The notes beneath the pieces are model-generated. The model was not told the origin of the DNA and did not search any database. It saw nothing but the letters and a program-made list of their open reading frames with translations. From NCBI GenBank assembly GCA_047967505.1, contig CM106538.1: a stretch of DNA of 64,000 nt; one strand, given 5' to 3'. Positions 23,401 to 35,867 of this stretch are shown here, piece after piece; position 1 is the first letter of the stretch, and each line of letters opens with the position of its first letter. The DNA comes from Dipteris shenzhenensis (Eukaryota). The translations under genes and the position numbers were made by a program.

Positions 23401-25764
23401 CGCTGTATATTAACATGACCAATGCGTTTGTGCCAGATATCAATATCTGCAAATACACTGGTCCCATGTGCAAACATTGCTGCACTCAATTCAGGCATGT
23501 CCACATCCAACGTAAACATCCTGCCCTTCTTCTTTCCTTTTGCTATCAAGCGACCATTATTTTTCATATCCTCAACAAAGCATCCATGAGGATTAAATCT
23601 AACCTGCAAGCCCTGCTCAACCATTTGACCAACAGAAACTAGGCTCTTGGTGATGTTTGGGACATGAAATACATCGGACAGGTATTTCTTTTTCCCATCC
23701 TGCATAGACAAAGGAATTTTACCAATCTGCACAATAGGATGTGCAGTATCATCACCAGTCTCCATAAATCCTGGCTTTTCCATTTTCCGTGCATCCTACA
23801 TCCATTTTGCATGACCTATCATGTGGTTTGATGCACCTGAGTCAACATACCACACATCATTTCATTCTTTTGCACTTGTCACAGAGTTGGTCATATGTTG
23901 CACCATAAATAGATGCTCATTTCTGTCATCACCTTGTCTACTAGAAGATGCATATTTGCCTTGCTGCAATTTTCCATTCATAATGTCATTCTGCTTTTTG
24001 TAGCAGTCCTTAGCCATATGACCCATTTTGCCACAATAGTAGCATTCAACATTGCTGTTTGCATTTTGGCTTCTCTGCCATCCACCACGGCCTCTTTGGC
24101 TCCCCCTGCCTCTAGAGTTACCACGTCCTCGTGCATAGGACTGGTTTTCTTGCGTTTGCTGCATATTCTGATTTCTACCACGGCCTGCAGATCGGCCTCC
24201 TCTACCTCTGCCTCTACCTCTTCCAGCATTTGAGTAGAAGACAGTTTCTTTTGAAGTTCCTGCTGAAGAAGATGCACCCCCATTTCTCTGCTCTTCAGAA
24301 ATTAGAAGAGCAATCAGCTCCTCAAAATCAGGAAATTTTTCACGGACGGCAATGGATGTCCGGAACTGTGCATAATCCTTTCCTAGACCATTCAAGGTCA
24401 CATAAACCAAATCATCATCATCCACTGGCGACCCAATGGAAGCAAGTGCATCTGCAATTTTCTTCACTTTCATGTGGTAGTCATTTATGCTCAAATTTTC
24501 TCTCTGCACATTGTGCAACTCCTGTTTGAGTTGCATTTTCCTGGCTTGCGTATTTGTGCTATACATTTTTGGCAAAGTATCCCATGCCTCCTTTGGCGTA
24601 TTTGCATCCTGAATATGCACAATCATGGAGTCCGAAATACTGATAGACAACAAGTACATAACTTTCCTGGCTCTCTCATGCCATCCTTTGAATGCCTGCA
24701 TTTCCTATTGACTGGGAGCATTAGGAAGAACAGGTTCTTCTTCATTTCCTGTAATGAATTCCCAATAGCCTTTTCCCATCAAGAAATTCGTCATTCTAAA
24801 CTTCCATGCCTGGAAGTTGTTCGTGTCAAGCTTTTCAGTGACAATCTGTGAAAGAGAATCAGATGCCATTACAGAACACTGCAAAATATTGTCACTGTAA
24901 AAAAAACAACTCTTGCCACACACAGGCAGATCTGCAAAACTGACGAAAGTGGTATTTCACCACATAGTCACTTCCTAGTGACGATTTTGCATCAACAGGC
25001 AACAGGCATGAATTTGTAACTCCCAATATCTCTGCACACAGGCATACGATGCAATTTCTGCGGCACCTTTCCACCGACTAGCCGCGTAGTGGTCGCACAG
25101 CCAAAAACAGGGCCTTTTTCTGAGTGCCTGCGAAGAACTTCCGCCATCAAAACGGGCCCCGAAACGGCCTCAAATCAGAAAAATAAAGTCACTTAGGGCT
25201 TTGCCCTACCCCGCAGCATATACTGCGCTCTCGCCACACCGCGAAGGGCGTCTCAATCTGAAACAGTGCACTCCTGCACTTCTGGCTGTGCTACCTGCAG
25301 AGATTTGCTCCCAAACTCGAAATAGGAAAGCAACACTGGTCCTCTTACCAGGACACCACGAACTTGGCTTGCTTTCTTGAGCTCCTTACCACGAACAAGG
25401 CTCTGATACCATGTGAAGATTGTGGGAGAGAGGGAAGGAGTCTCACTTGCGGCTTTCTCACATAAACAATTGGGGGAATACACACAAAGGTGGAGGCTGA
25501 AAACAGTTTTCCTCTTCTTAGTTGTGAAAGCCAAAAGAACTCAAGTACAAAGAAATAGAAGAACCCTATATGTGGGTCTCAAACCAAACTCAACTAACTA
25601 AGGTGGCATACTAACTGAGCCACGAACTAGTGTAGATAAAGATAGCTGTCATCTAGCTATTATTCGTGGGCGGTGTACCAACCGCATCTCCAGCTAACAA
25701 GTCGGTGACATAAATGCACAACAGTCACCCTAGCATATCAAGAGTGGAGCTCGATATCTCAACA
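20481..25764 (-). mobile_element. Near-complete Ty1/Copia family A element (3' LTR truncated to 20481-20540)
   Basis: 5' LTR 25412-25764, PBS 25400-25411, PPT (CTCGAGGGGGAG) at 20541-20552, and gag-PR-INT-RT-RNaseH order. Confidence 0.95.
20490..24869 (-). pseudogene. Copia gag-pol polyprotein with stops and frameshifts
   Basis: MASDSLSQIVTEKLD (ATG 24869), CYYCGKMGHMAKDC, WYVDSGASNH, IHSDVW, RYKARLVVKG, QMDVKNAFLHG, IYVDDL, YTDADWAG, VALSSTEAEY, TKHIEVHYH. Confidence 0.93.
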
Positions 25765-25769
25765 AAAGT

Positions 25770-26054
25770 TGGTGAGGGCGGGCGGAGGGGGAAGGGGGTG
25801 AGGACATAGGCACGGGCGTGGGCAGAGGGGGAAGGGGATGAGGGCGCAGGGCAGGCGGGCATGGGTGGAGGGGGAAGGGGGTGTGGGTGCAGTGCGGGGC
25901 AGGGCGGGCGAGGAGGGGCAAGGCAGGTGCGGGCGGAGGGGGAAGGGGGTGAGGGCCACTACGGGCACTGTGCCTTAGCAGTAGCAGCAAGGGCTTAAGG
26001 CCCTTGCTTAATGGGTTAGGTTTTAGGAGCGTGGAGTGGCCGGTGAGGGGGGTT

Positions 26055-26090
<36 letters not shown>

Positions 26091-26430
26091 GGTAAAGGGG
26101 GGGAAATGGGGGGTGGTGAAGGGGGTGAGGGAGTGGTGGAGGGGGTAGTGGAAAGGAATGGGGGGGAAAAGGGTGGGGGTGGAGATGGGTGAGGGGGGGT
26201 TTGGAAATGGAGGGGGGGGGGGGAAGGGTGGTGGTGAGGGGGGAAGATGGAGATGGAGGAGGTGGGGGGGGGAACAGGGTGGTTGTGGAGGGGGAGGTGG
26301 AGGAGGGGGGGTTGGTGGTGGAGATGGAGGGGGAATGGAGGGAGGCAGGGAGGGGGAGGGGCGGGGGGGGAAGCGGAGGGGGAAGTGGAGGGGGTGGTGG
26401 TGGAGGGGAGAATGGTGAAGGGGGAGGGGG
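25770..26430 (+). repeat. G-rich polypurine low-complexity block (dense G3+ runs, (GA)n)
   Basis: Dozens of G runs of 3-12 nt on the + strand. The Pro- or Gly-rich ORFs here are compositional artefacts. Confidence 0.9.
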
Positions 26431-27166
26431 AAAAAAGAAAAAAAGAAAAACCTTGATGGACGAAAAACTTTGACAGAAATCCAAAGGGGGGAAGAGATGG
26501 TCACCTCTTTCTCGATGTAATGGGATTGTTGAGGACCAATGGATGGTGGGTGGATGGCTAGGTTATCACCTGTGCGAGATGGGCTCGAAGTAACTTACCA
26601 TGTGAAGATGGGAGTAGGGTGGTGGTCGATGGAGAGAGAGGACTGTCTTGCGTAGGGCTCGGAATGGGAAAGAGGATGGAGGCAAGATGTGAAAGAAAAA
26701 GTATGAGAGGGATGGGTGCTCTTTTATAGGGAAGGAGGGGGGGCTGTGGATTTAGTCAAACACATGTGCACCTTTGAATTTATCCATGTTTAACTAGGGA
26801 GGTGGTTTTAATTTTTCTTTTGGGTTATGGCACTTAGAACCTTTAATCATCGATTGCCCATAACTTTTGGTGGTTGTGTCAGAATGTGCTTCTGTAAAAA
26901 GGAGAAATGTTCAAAAATTCAAGCTCTACACTTTGACAACCATCACATGGTCTGATTTATTCCTTAGGGTGCTATTTTTCTAGAAAACATGCATTTTCTT
27001 AAACTCGTAATGAAGAGTTTCAGTTAGGAAATTTTTAAATTTATTTTTACTTGAGCTGGAAATTTTTAGCTCTCCTAGCTCTTGAGTGATATGTTCGTGA
27101 AAGTTTGAAGTAGTTTGTTTTTTACACATACCTATGTATGTTTACTCTTTACTTGAGACGCTAGTC

Positions 27167-28900
27167 TCCTCGGCAGTGGCGCCAAATGTTAGCTCTTTCC
27201 CACGACTTTCGTAGGAAGAGTAGGGTATTCTCAATATTATGCAGGGTTGCGAGGCTTTTTGTCACCTACAGATATATAGGGGTTGTCGTTTGTAGTATAC
27301 GTGTAGCTTAAGACCTTGAGTCGTATTCTAACGAGAGATGAAGGCTTAAGTGTGGTAAGCAAACATAGTGCATGCATGTGTAAAAGAACGTGTATCATCA
27401 TGGTTGAGGTAATGAAGGCTTTCGTTTTCATTGGGGGTTGCAGGGTTTAGGAAGAGTTTAAGGATTAGAAGGAGGTTCCAAGGTTTAGAAGAGGTTCCAG
27501 GGTTAGAAGGAGGTCTAAGGTTTAGAGAGAGGTTCCAAGGTTTAGAGAGAGGTTCCAGAGTTTAGAAGAGGTTCCAAGGTTAAGGGTAGAGTACATGGTG
27601 GAGAACTTGTCTCCCTTGTAGATCATGGAGGTTAAGGGTTGAGGAACTAAGGGTTTAGGGGGAGCATAGGAGTGGAAGAGAAAGAAGGTGTAAGAGCATG
27701 GGGGAAAGAAGAGAGAGGAGCGAGGAGGAGGAGGAGGAGGGGGAAGGAGGAAGGAGAAGGAGGAGGAAGGAGGAGGAGGAAGGAGGGAGAAGGAGGAAGA
27801 GGGGGAGGAGGAGGGAGGAGGAGGAGGGAGGAGGAGGGGGAGAGGATGGGTTGCAAGGTTGGAGAGGGAGAGGATGGGTTGCAAGGTTGGGGGAGAGGGG
27901 AGGAGGCGTTGTAAGGTTAGGACATGCTTTTGGACATGGAGTGCAAGGAAGCATGGACACTTGAGACAATTGCTTGGAATACCAAAGTAGTTTTCAACAC
28001 AATGCCCCAAAGAGTGTGGGCTTCATTCCATTATGGGGTATTTATACAAGTTGGAGAGCTTCTCTCTCTGCATGTAGGAATTGTAAGACATTCTCTCTCT
28101 ACATGTAAAACTTGCATGTAGGAGTTGCATGTAGAACTCGCATGTAGAACTCGCATGTTGGAGTGCAAGGAAGCATGGACACTTAGACAATTGCTTGGAA
28201 TACCAAAGTAGTTTTCAACACAATGCCCCAAAGAGTGTGGACTTCATTCCATTATGGGGTATTTATACAAGTTGGAGAGCTTCTCTCTCTGCATGTAGGA
28301 ATTGTAAGACATTCTCTCTCTACATGTAAAACTTGCATGTAGGAGTTGCATGTAGAACTCGCATGTAGAAGTTGCATGTAGCACTCGCATGTAGGAGTTG
28401 CATGTAGAACTAACATGTAGGAGTTGCATGTAGAACTCGCATGTAGGAGTTGCATGTAGAACTCGCATGTAGAACTTGCATGTAGAACATGCAAGTTGGA
28501 TTTCTAAGAGGGATTATTTCTAGCCTTATGCAAGGACAAGCAGAGCTTTGCGCCGCTACTCTACACACACATTTTGTTCTACCTAGGTCCATGTTGGCAC
28601 AGAGAAACAGACACTTTACTCCATATACGATTAACATATAGAAACAAGTAACAAATACAAGGATAGAATGGGCCACAATTTGTTCTAAAATCTTGTTTTC
28701 AATTAATCATTACAAAATAAGGTAGCATTGCATCTCAAGTTGGTCTTTTAATACACAAAACACTTGCTTGATAGCACTTCTATAATTTCTTGCAAGCACT
28801 TAGCTTAGCAATGGATGCATTAAGATGGGATGGTGCCGTACTCCTAGTTTGATTGGTTGGAATGAGGTCTTGCTTCACAACTTCAGGGATGTCATTGATA
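27167..28900 (-). mobile_element. Athila-like (non-chromovirus Gypsy) PBS plus long LTR remnant
   Basis: The minus strand reads ...AACA-TT-TGGCGCCACTGCCGAGGA (27167-27184), 15/18 identical to the tRNA-Asp-type PBS TGGCGCCGTTGCCGGGGA. One LTR boundary is at 27187; the far boundary was not identified and 28900 is a placeholder. Confidence 0.55.
27440..28490. repeat. Minisatellites inside the putative LTR: ~20-bp GGTTTAGAAGAGGTTCCAA units, (GGA)n, a ~220-bp duplication and 13-bp GCATGTAGAACTC/GCATGTAGGAGTT units
   Basis: Units visible at 27440-27585, 27710-27905, 27938-28160 vs 28160-28370, and 28330-28490. Confidence 0.9.
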
Positions 28901-31380
28901 CACAATGCACACTTTGCTTTCTTTTGCTACAAACTTAAAAACAAATTATATACCTAGCAAAATCTTCATTTAGCAACAACTGTAAAATATAATATTTTTT
29001 AAGATGCCTGTGAAATTTTTCCCTTAACAATTGCATTCATGCACCTTCTTCCCTATGTGTAATTTTGATGTTATTCTTCTTATTCTAAAACTTTCTTGCT
29101 CAATTATTGCAAGGCTAAGGAGTCCTCAATGGTGCTACAAGAATTTTCTTACATTTTAGTAGACTCTTACAACCCCTTATCAATAATCTCATCCAAACCA
29201 AAAACCAAAGAAGATCTTGCCCAATCATATTTGTTAAGTGTAAGCTACAATGCATCTAAGCCACCGAGATGTATTGCATCTAACTCATAGTTTTGTGAAT
29301 TTGCAATAGTAAGCTTAGAGGAGCCCCATTCCTGACAATGTGTTACAATCTCCATAAAATAACAAACTGATTTCATAAGAATCAGTAGCGCACAACCGGA
29401 AAAAAAATAGAACATTACTATTAGTTCTATTTACTATGAAATAAAATTAATAGTACTAATAAGAATGTGAGATATGTTATTTAGTACTCTTTAGCACTAA
29501 CCAAGTGTTTAGTACTATTGAACAATATGCTTAGTTAATTATAGTAGCAGTAGTTATACCCTTGTGGAGGTAAAACTATTAGAAATACCATTCAATATTA
29601 TTAACCAATACTTTAGCACTATCATGAGTGCTATGCAATACAGAATAGTATTAAAATGGAAAGAATATCAAAATTTTTTAGTAGTACTGAATACTGCTTA
29701 GTGTTACTTCTTGATAGTCATATTTAGCAATACTAAATAACTCCTTGGCAATACTAAATAACTACCTAATATTGCTTCTAAATAGTAATAAATAGTCATG
29801 TCAAAAATAAAATAAAATAAAATAATATTTAATACTAAACAATTACTTGGTGTTCCTTCTAAAAGCCATTTTTAGTAGTACTAAATAACTACTATTTAGT
29901 ACTTCTAAATAGCACCATTTAATAGTCATAAAGAGTTGTTCTACTCACTTCACTACCCCTTTCTTTATTATTGATTATACACACAAGATTCTTTATGAAT
30001 TTCAAAGAGTTTGATCCCTTATAAGCATTGGCTTCCATGCATTTAGAATCTTAAGACTTATTTCATTAAAGTACAGAAGGTAATGACTACGTACTATTGT
30101 GTACCACATCAGAATAGATTTATTGTAATTACTAATAAATTCCATGCGATACAATATCATTTCATGGGGATGTGTTTGACTACTTCAGCAAGGTTTGTAG
30201 GCCACAAGGGGAAGAATTTGTGCTACTAACACTAGCACCCACTCTTTTGTGTCTAAAATGTGGTAGTATGTCATAAGTAAAGAGGATACTGAATGGCACA
30301 AAATTGAGTTCTTATCTTACAAATGTGCTAAATATCTAAACTCCTTTCCCCCCCTAGATAAGCTAAATGATGCACATGGTGCATTGATAAGGTAGAAGAT
30401 CTATGAGTTTGTCATTGAGGACATGGGGAAAAGTGTTATAGAGAAGAAAATCAAAACTTGTGTACAAGGAAACAACTCCATCTATCATCATCCTACAATT
30501 CTTACAACGTTTGGATTTTTTCATCATTGATAAGTTTCATACTTACTAGCATCACTCTTGTTACAACTCAAGTGTACTTGTTGTTGACCTAAGAAGACAA
30601 TAAATTTATTCTTCACAATAAAAGTAAGGGGTTGTTTATTTTCATCCCATGGCATTAGATAAGATGAGGCAACAAAATTAGTGTGTTGACTGATAAGTCA
30701 TCCAATTGGATAAGGCTGGAACTACTAGTTGGTATGTAGCTTGAAAGGCTAGCCATCAATTAAGGTGTAAAACGGCCAATTAGGTTATCCCCAAACATGT
30801 TCCTAAGGCATGGGCACTAAAGCCGTGTGCCTCCAACTTGTGGATTCCCAACTAGTGGGATAACTAAGGAGCTAATTGAGTTAGTTTGCAACTAGAACCA
30901 CGAACTAGAACTAGCATAGTACATACCCAACTAGGACTAGATGTCCAGCTAGAACCAACATGGGCGGTTGCATGAAAACATTTGTCATGCAATAGGTCCA
31001 TCATTATCAAGTTTGGACAGTTTAAGTCTAGCCATTGCAATGGTTGATGTGGGCCCTTGGGCTTGGTTACGTGTGCCACTATGGTAGTAGTGACCACCCA
31101 CTATGGTTGATGACATGGGCCGCTAGGCTGCTGATTGTGATCAAGCTTGAATTTAATTATGGATGATGTGGTTGGTTTGAGTCTACGACGGATGCGTGCC
31201 TAAGCCACGGGTGAGAGTGCTCTCAATGGAAGCAAGAACAGAAGAGGGAGAGAGAGAAACAGAGAGCCACACAAGTTTTGGTGGGTGCAGGACACCCTAA
31301 TCTTCTTTTTCATTCATTTATATATGTGTTTGAGTATTGTACATAACCGGGGTAAAGGTACAGTGACCTTTAACCCCCAC

Positions 31381-31795
31381 AACCTCCCACTTAAAGGACA
31401 ATGTGCCTTTAAGGGAGAACAACCAGTGAGCATACTATCCAATGCCCATCAATGCACGACAATACTCAAACTGCTGACTAGGTAGACTCTTAATCAGCAT
31501 ATCTGCAGGGTTATCATCTGTATGAATCTTGACAAGCTCTATGCGCTTGTCCTCAAGTACCTCCCTGATGAAATGGTACCTGACCTCAATGTGTTTAGTC
31601 TTTGCATGAAAGACCGGATTCCGTGCTAGCTGAATAGCACTCATGGAATCACTATGCAATGTCGGTACACCTGTATGAATCCCCAAATCTCCCACTAGTT
31701 GATCAAGCCATATAGCCTCCTTGCAACCCTCTGTGGCTGCATACTCAGCCTCTGTGGTAGACAAAGCAACACACTTCTGTGCGTGAGACATCCAG
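31381..31795 (-). mobile_element. Copia RNase H 3' fragment with polypurine tract (distinct family)
   Basis: ORF 31435-31791: CVALSTTEAEY...NPVFHAKTKHIEVRYHFIRE...DNPADML. PPT AAGTGGGAGGT precedes TGTGGGGG at 31381, the likely start of a 3' LTR whose other end was not resolved. Confidence 0.85.
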
Positions 31796-34076
31796 GAGCC
31801 TACATAGAGATGGCTGCTACTAAAATATTAAGGTTTGTTGAAAATTAGGGCCATCCAATGTGATAGTCATCACATTTCTAAAAGGATACATGAGCACAGG
31901 GCGTATTAGATATCATTGTGAGCCAACTGTTGATTTTGTTATCCCACCCACCAACACCTTTGTGACATGCTCTAAAAATAGTTTCATGATTGGCTAAATG
32001 CAATCATGCTTTGATCGTTAAGGATTTTGATGATTCCTCATGGACAATCAATATTCTTTGTGGGCCTTAAGGATTTTGATGATTCGTCATGAATAATCAA
32101 TATGCTCAATGGATTGTGCATTAATAGGGGTTGAGAAGTGATGCTCGTTAGGTTGTGCAATTGAAGGGATTTAGAGGACCTCTTTGACTTGTTCTCGCAA
32201 TAGTATTTATTTCTTCTAATTTTCATAGACATTTTACAATGACATGTGCTTGAGCCCTTTGGTGCATTCAAAATTTTCTCTTCTTCTTCATGTTGCCTTT
32301 TAATGTTCTTTACTTATAATTGCAATTGCAATAATTTTGTACCTATAAGTATGAACATATAATTGACCACTTTGCAAATTTGGAATAATTTCTTCTATGT
32401 GCTCACATCTTTTTATAAGGCCCTCACATATTTTTTGAACTTTAGATCAAATTAACTAGATGATTAATTTGGAAGAACTTTTAGAGACTATCTAGGTTCA
32501 AGTCCTTGTATAGATTTGCCTTACAGGCATTGCAGATGATTAAATCATTGCTTGTGATCACTAGTGCTAATGAGTGTCCATCCCAATCCTTTCTAGTCCC
32601 TTCTATACATACCTTATATCATTTCACAAGATGTTTATGTATCTTTGAGAACATTAAATCAATCATATGGTTGATTTAAAAGTGTCCATGTATGTTTCAA
32701 AGACTCTATTGGTATAATTCTTTTGTACATTCTCTAGCTATCACTCTTGGCAGAGCACATAGGGTAGTCCAATTTGAACTTCCTCAATTGTGCATGGTGA
32801 AAGTGGAGGCATTGACATGAAAATGTAATTCTAGATCTTAATTTGGGATCTTCAAGATAAGATCTTTGATGAAAGATTCTTTGTGCTTGGATTCTTTTGG
32901 TAGGAAGGGCAACACTAAACAAGCAAGGAGATAAAATTTTACCTCTCTTATAAAAATATTACGATTAAGGGACACCCTTAAGAATGCTAAAGTGTACAAC
33001 ATTATCACTTGTTGCAATTATGCTACAACTTGAAACTTGCTTCCATTATTAGATGAAGGGAAGGTAGGCATAGGAGTTAGAAAAAAGGAAAACAATATTC
33101 ATTTTTATGTTGGCATTGGTATGATAGATGGCACTAAGGCTTAAAATTTAGTGAAGGCATGAAAATCAAACCAATATTTATTTTCATGGCTAATCCAAAA
33201 TCTGGTCTTTTTGCATGTTATGTAGTTCTATGAAATATTGGCTCTCCATAGCAATCGATGTCACTTTATTCGACTACATGATAGCATTTATGTGATTGAA
33301 GGAATCCATTATATGCATAATGAATAGAGGGAGTAGAAAACAAAAAGTATCTCTATGGCCAGTACATGACACCATAATTGCTTGTACAAAGCATTGTAGG
33401 ATCATATTTTCTTTCACACTTGAATATAAACTCTCTCTCTACCCTTATTAAAGACTGCCAAAGTGATATAGCACGACTATTATAAGTGATTTGCCATCAA
33501 TGATAGATGCTTGAGTTCCATAATTAAAGTGCTTTAAAAGAGATATCAAGGCCCTCTCTTTGAAAGCTACATGGAAAGTGTTGAACCCTTCTTTAAATTT
33601 ATCTACAAGGATAAATAAATATATACATAATTGCATATGATGCCTTGGACCAATGGTTTGAACATGAAACATAGCACTTTTAATAAAACAAATCCACTTG
33701 TGAATGTAAAGATTGCAAATTTTGTGGGTCAAATTTTGTATGGTTAGTTGACCTTTTTTTGGTTAATATATCACACCTTAAAAAAAAGAAACCTTGATTG
33801 CAAATTTTGCCAATCAATTGTGAATGCAAATTCACGTGGAATTGTGAAGGTATGGTTATTAAGTACGTTGGTGACCTAGGTAAGAATTGCACTTTTATAT
33901 TCTAATGTTATTATAGTAATAGGGCATGCTTTTTTAATGTAAAATTTTAAGTTTTATTTGAATTCTTGTATCTGATATATACCATCAAGTTTTAGAGTTA
34001 GACAAGAGTCAAGGTCATGCTTGTGTTCTTAGAGGGGAGAACAACCACACTTTTGCTTGTACTCTCCAAATTGGGT

Positions 34077-34300
34077 GTGCACATTATATGGACGTCCATT
34101 TTCAATGAAGTAGGTGGTTCTATTTGTTTCCATTGAGATGATGTTGAAATTGTTGTGCACATTATATGGACGTCCATTTTCAATGAAGTAGGTGGTTCTA
34201 TTTGTTTCCATTGAGATGATGTTGAAATTGTTGTGCACATTATATGGACGTCCATTTTCAATGAAGTAGGTGGTTTTCTTTGTTCCGATTAAGATGATGT
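34077..34300. repeat. 78-bp tandem repeat, ~2.8 copies
   Basis: GTGCACATTATATGGACGTCC starts at 34077, 34155 and 34233. Confidence 0.95.
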
Positions 34301-35867
34301 TTGTTGAAATATGGGAATGAGTTCCAAAATTGGAATTGGACACCTAAGACGCAAATCCTTTGTGGATACTTTTAGTCTGCATCCATGCAACTCTCCTCGT
34401 TGAAGGAGGGAGATTGACTTGAGAGAGAACCATCGGGGCTGGTAGATTGATAATGACAACGACTATGGTAAGCCCATAAGATGCTAAGGTTGCATGCAGG
34501 CACATGGGGACGAAGGTGACAATGCAACTTTATAAAACGAAGCTGCGCACTTTTCTTTGTTAAAAGCAAAACATGCAAACCTGTTGCGGTACTACTTTGT
34601 TCGCTAATAGAACGTTCAGACGAGAGCAGAGAAATCACTTTGCAGCGTGCCGCTCACACTGCAATGCGGCAATACAATCCGACATACAGTTCTCTCTGAG
34701 TTGAGAACTTGAGATCGTGCACAAAAACAGCAGAGGTACGAGCCGGGCAAATGCAAGTTGCGATAGGGCTAGAGTCTACAGGGGTGGCAAATGTGCGAAA
34801 CAGGCTAGTAATAAAAAAGCACGCGGCTGTGCTTCCCGATTCCCGAGTAGTCCTGAAGCCAGATGGAAGAAAGCTCAGCAGCAGAACAGGGAGCACGTTG
34901 CAGGTGACAGGCTTTGAGGAGCAAAGAGGTTCTCAGGACCCAAGGTCACCCAACAACAACATGGTGGTAACTAATCGGTTCCAAGCTGGATATAGGAAAG
35001 GATCGGGTCCCACGAATCCCCATCATTATTTTAATCATAGTTAAGGCGGCTAACTGGGCCCGAGTGCGAGCTAGCTGGATATTGGGTACAGCAGCCAGCT
35101 AGAATAATCAAATGTACTATTTTTTGTGCGCGACCCGTTCACAACAGGATTGACAAGAAAGCTGGAGCGGCTGAGCTGGCGCTCGCGGGATCGAGGTTAG
35201 GTCTAACTTGAGGTAAGGGCGGCCGGGAGAGGGGGGGAAAGACGGCAAGGGGGATCCGGGGAAGGGAATCTCGAGCCGGCGGGCAGACCGGCGGGCAGAC
35301 ACGGGGCAGCGGGCCGTGGGCCGTGCCGCGCGGGAAGATGCTGCGGGGAACCGGAGAGCGACGGTCAACAGCGATAGCTTTCGGGGAACCGGCTGCAGCC
35401 GGTAGCGCTAAGGGTGGCGGAGATTTAAAGGTGGAAATTTGAATTTCTACACAGTGAAAACCAGGTTCACGAGTCTTCTGCTACTGTCGTGGTTAACATT
35501 AATTGCTATACACAACTGGATTGAGGACTGAGCAAACGCGGCCCTTAATCAATATCCGACAGAAACTTTGCGTTGCTTTTCTTCTTGCCTGCCAGTTTTT
35601 TCCCCGTCTTCTTCTTCGTTCTCCGTCTTGACCTTCGCCATCTCGCAGCTGGAATTCCGTGTCGCACAAGCTCATCCTTGTGTGAAACTTTCTTCGCACC
35701 GACGTCGTCTTGCGACCTCATCGTCTTCATCGCTGCTGCTGCTTCCTTCGCTTATCGGATCCTCGGCTCGGTGATTTGATTCTCTTGTATTTACTTGTAG
35801 ACTATAATTCTCTATCGTCTCTCCCAATCCTCCTTTGCTTCCCACGGTTTCTTGTTGCAGTACCACC

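Noticed and set aside
25730-27969. Extensin/formin-like proline-rich or glycine-rich protein ORFs
   Set aside because: Open in several frames on both strands because of low complexity, with no signal peptide, domain or exon structure.
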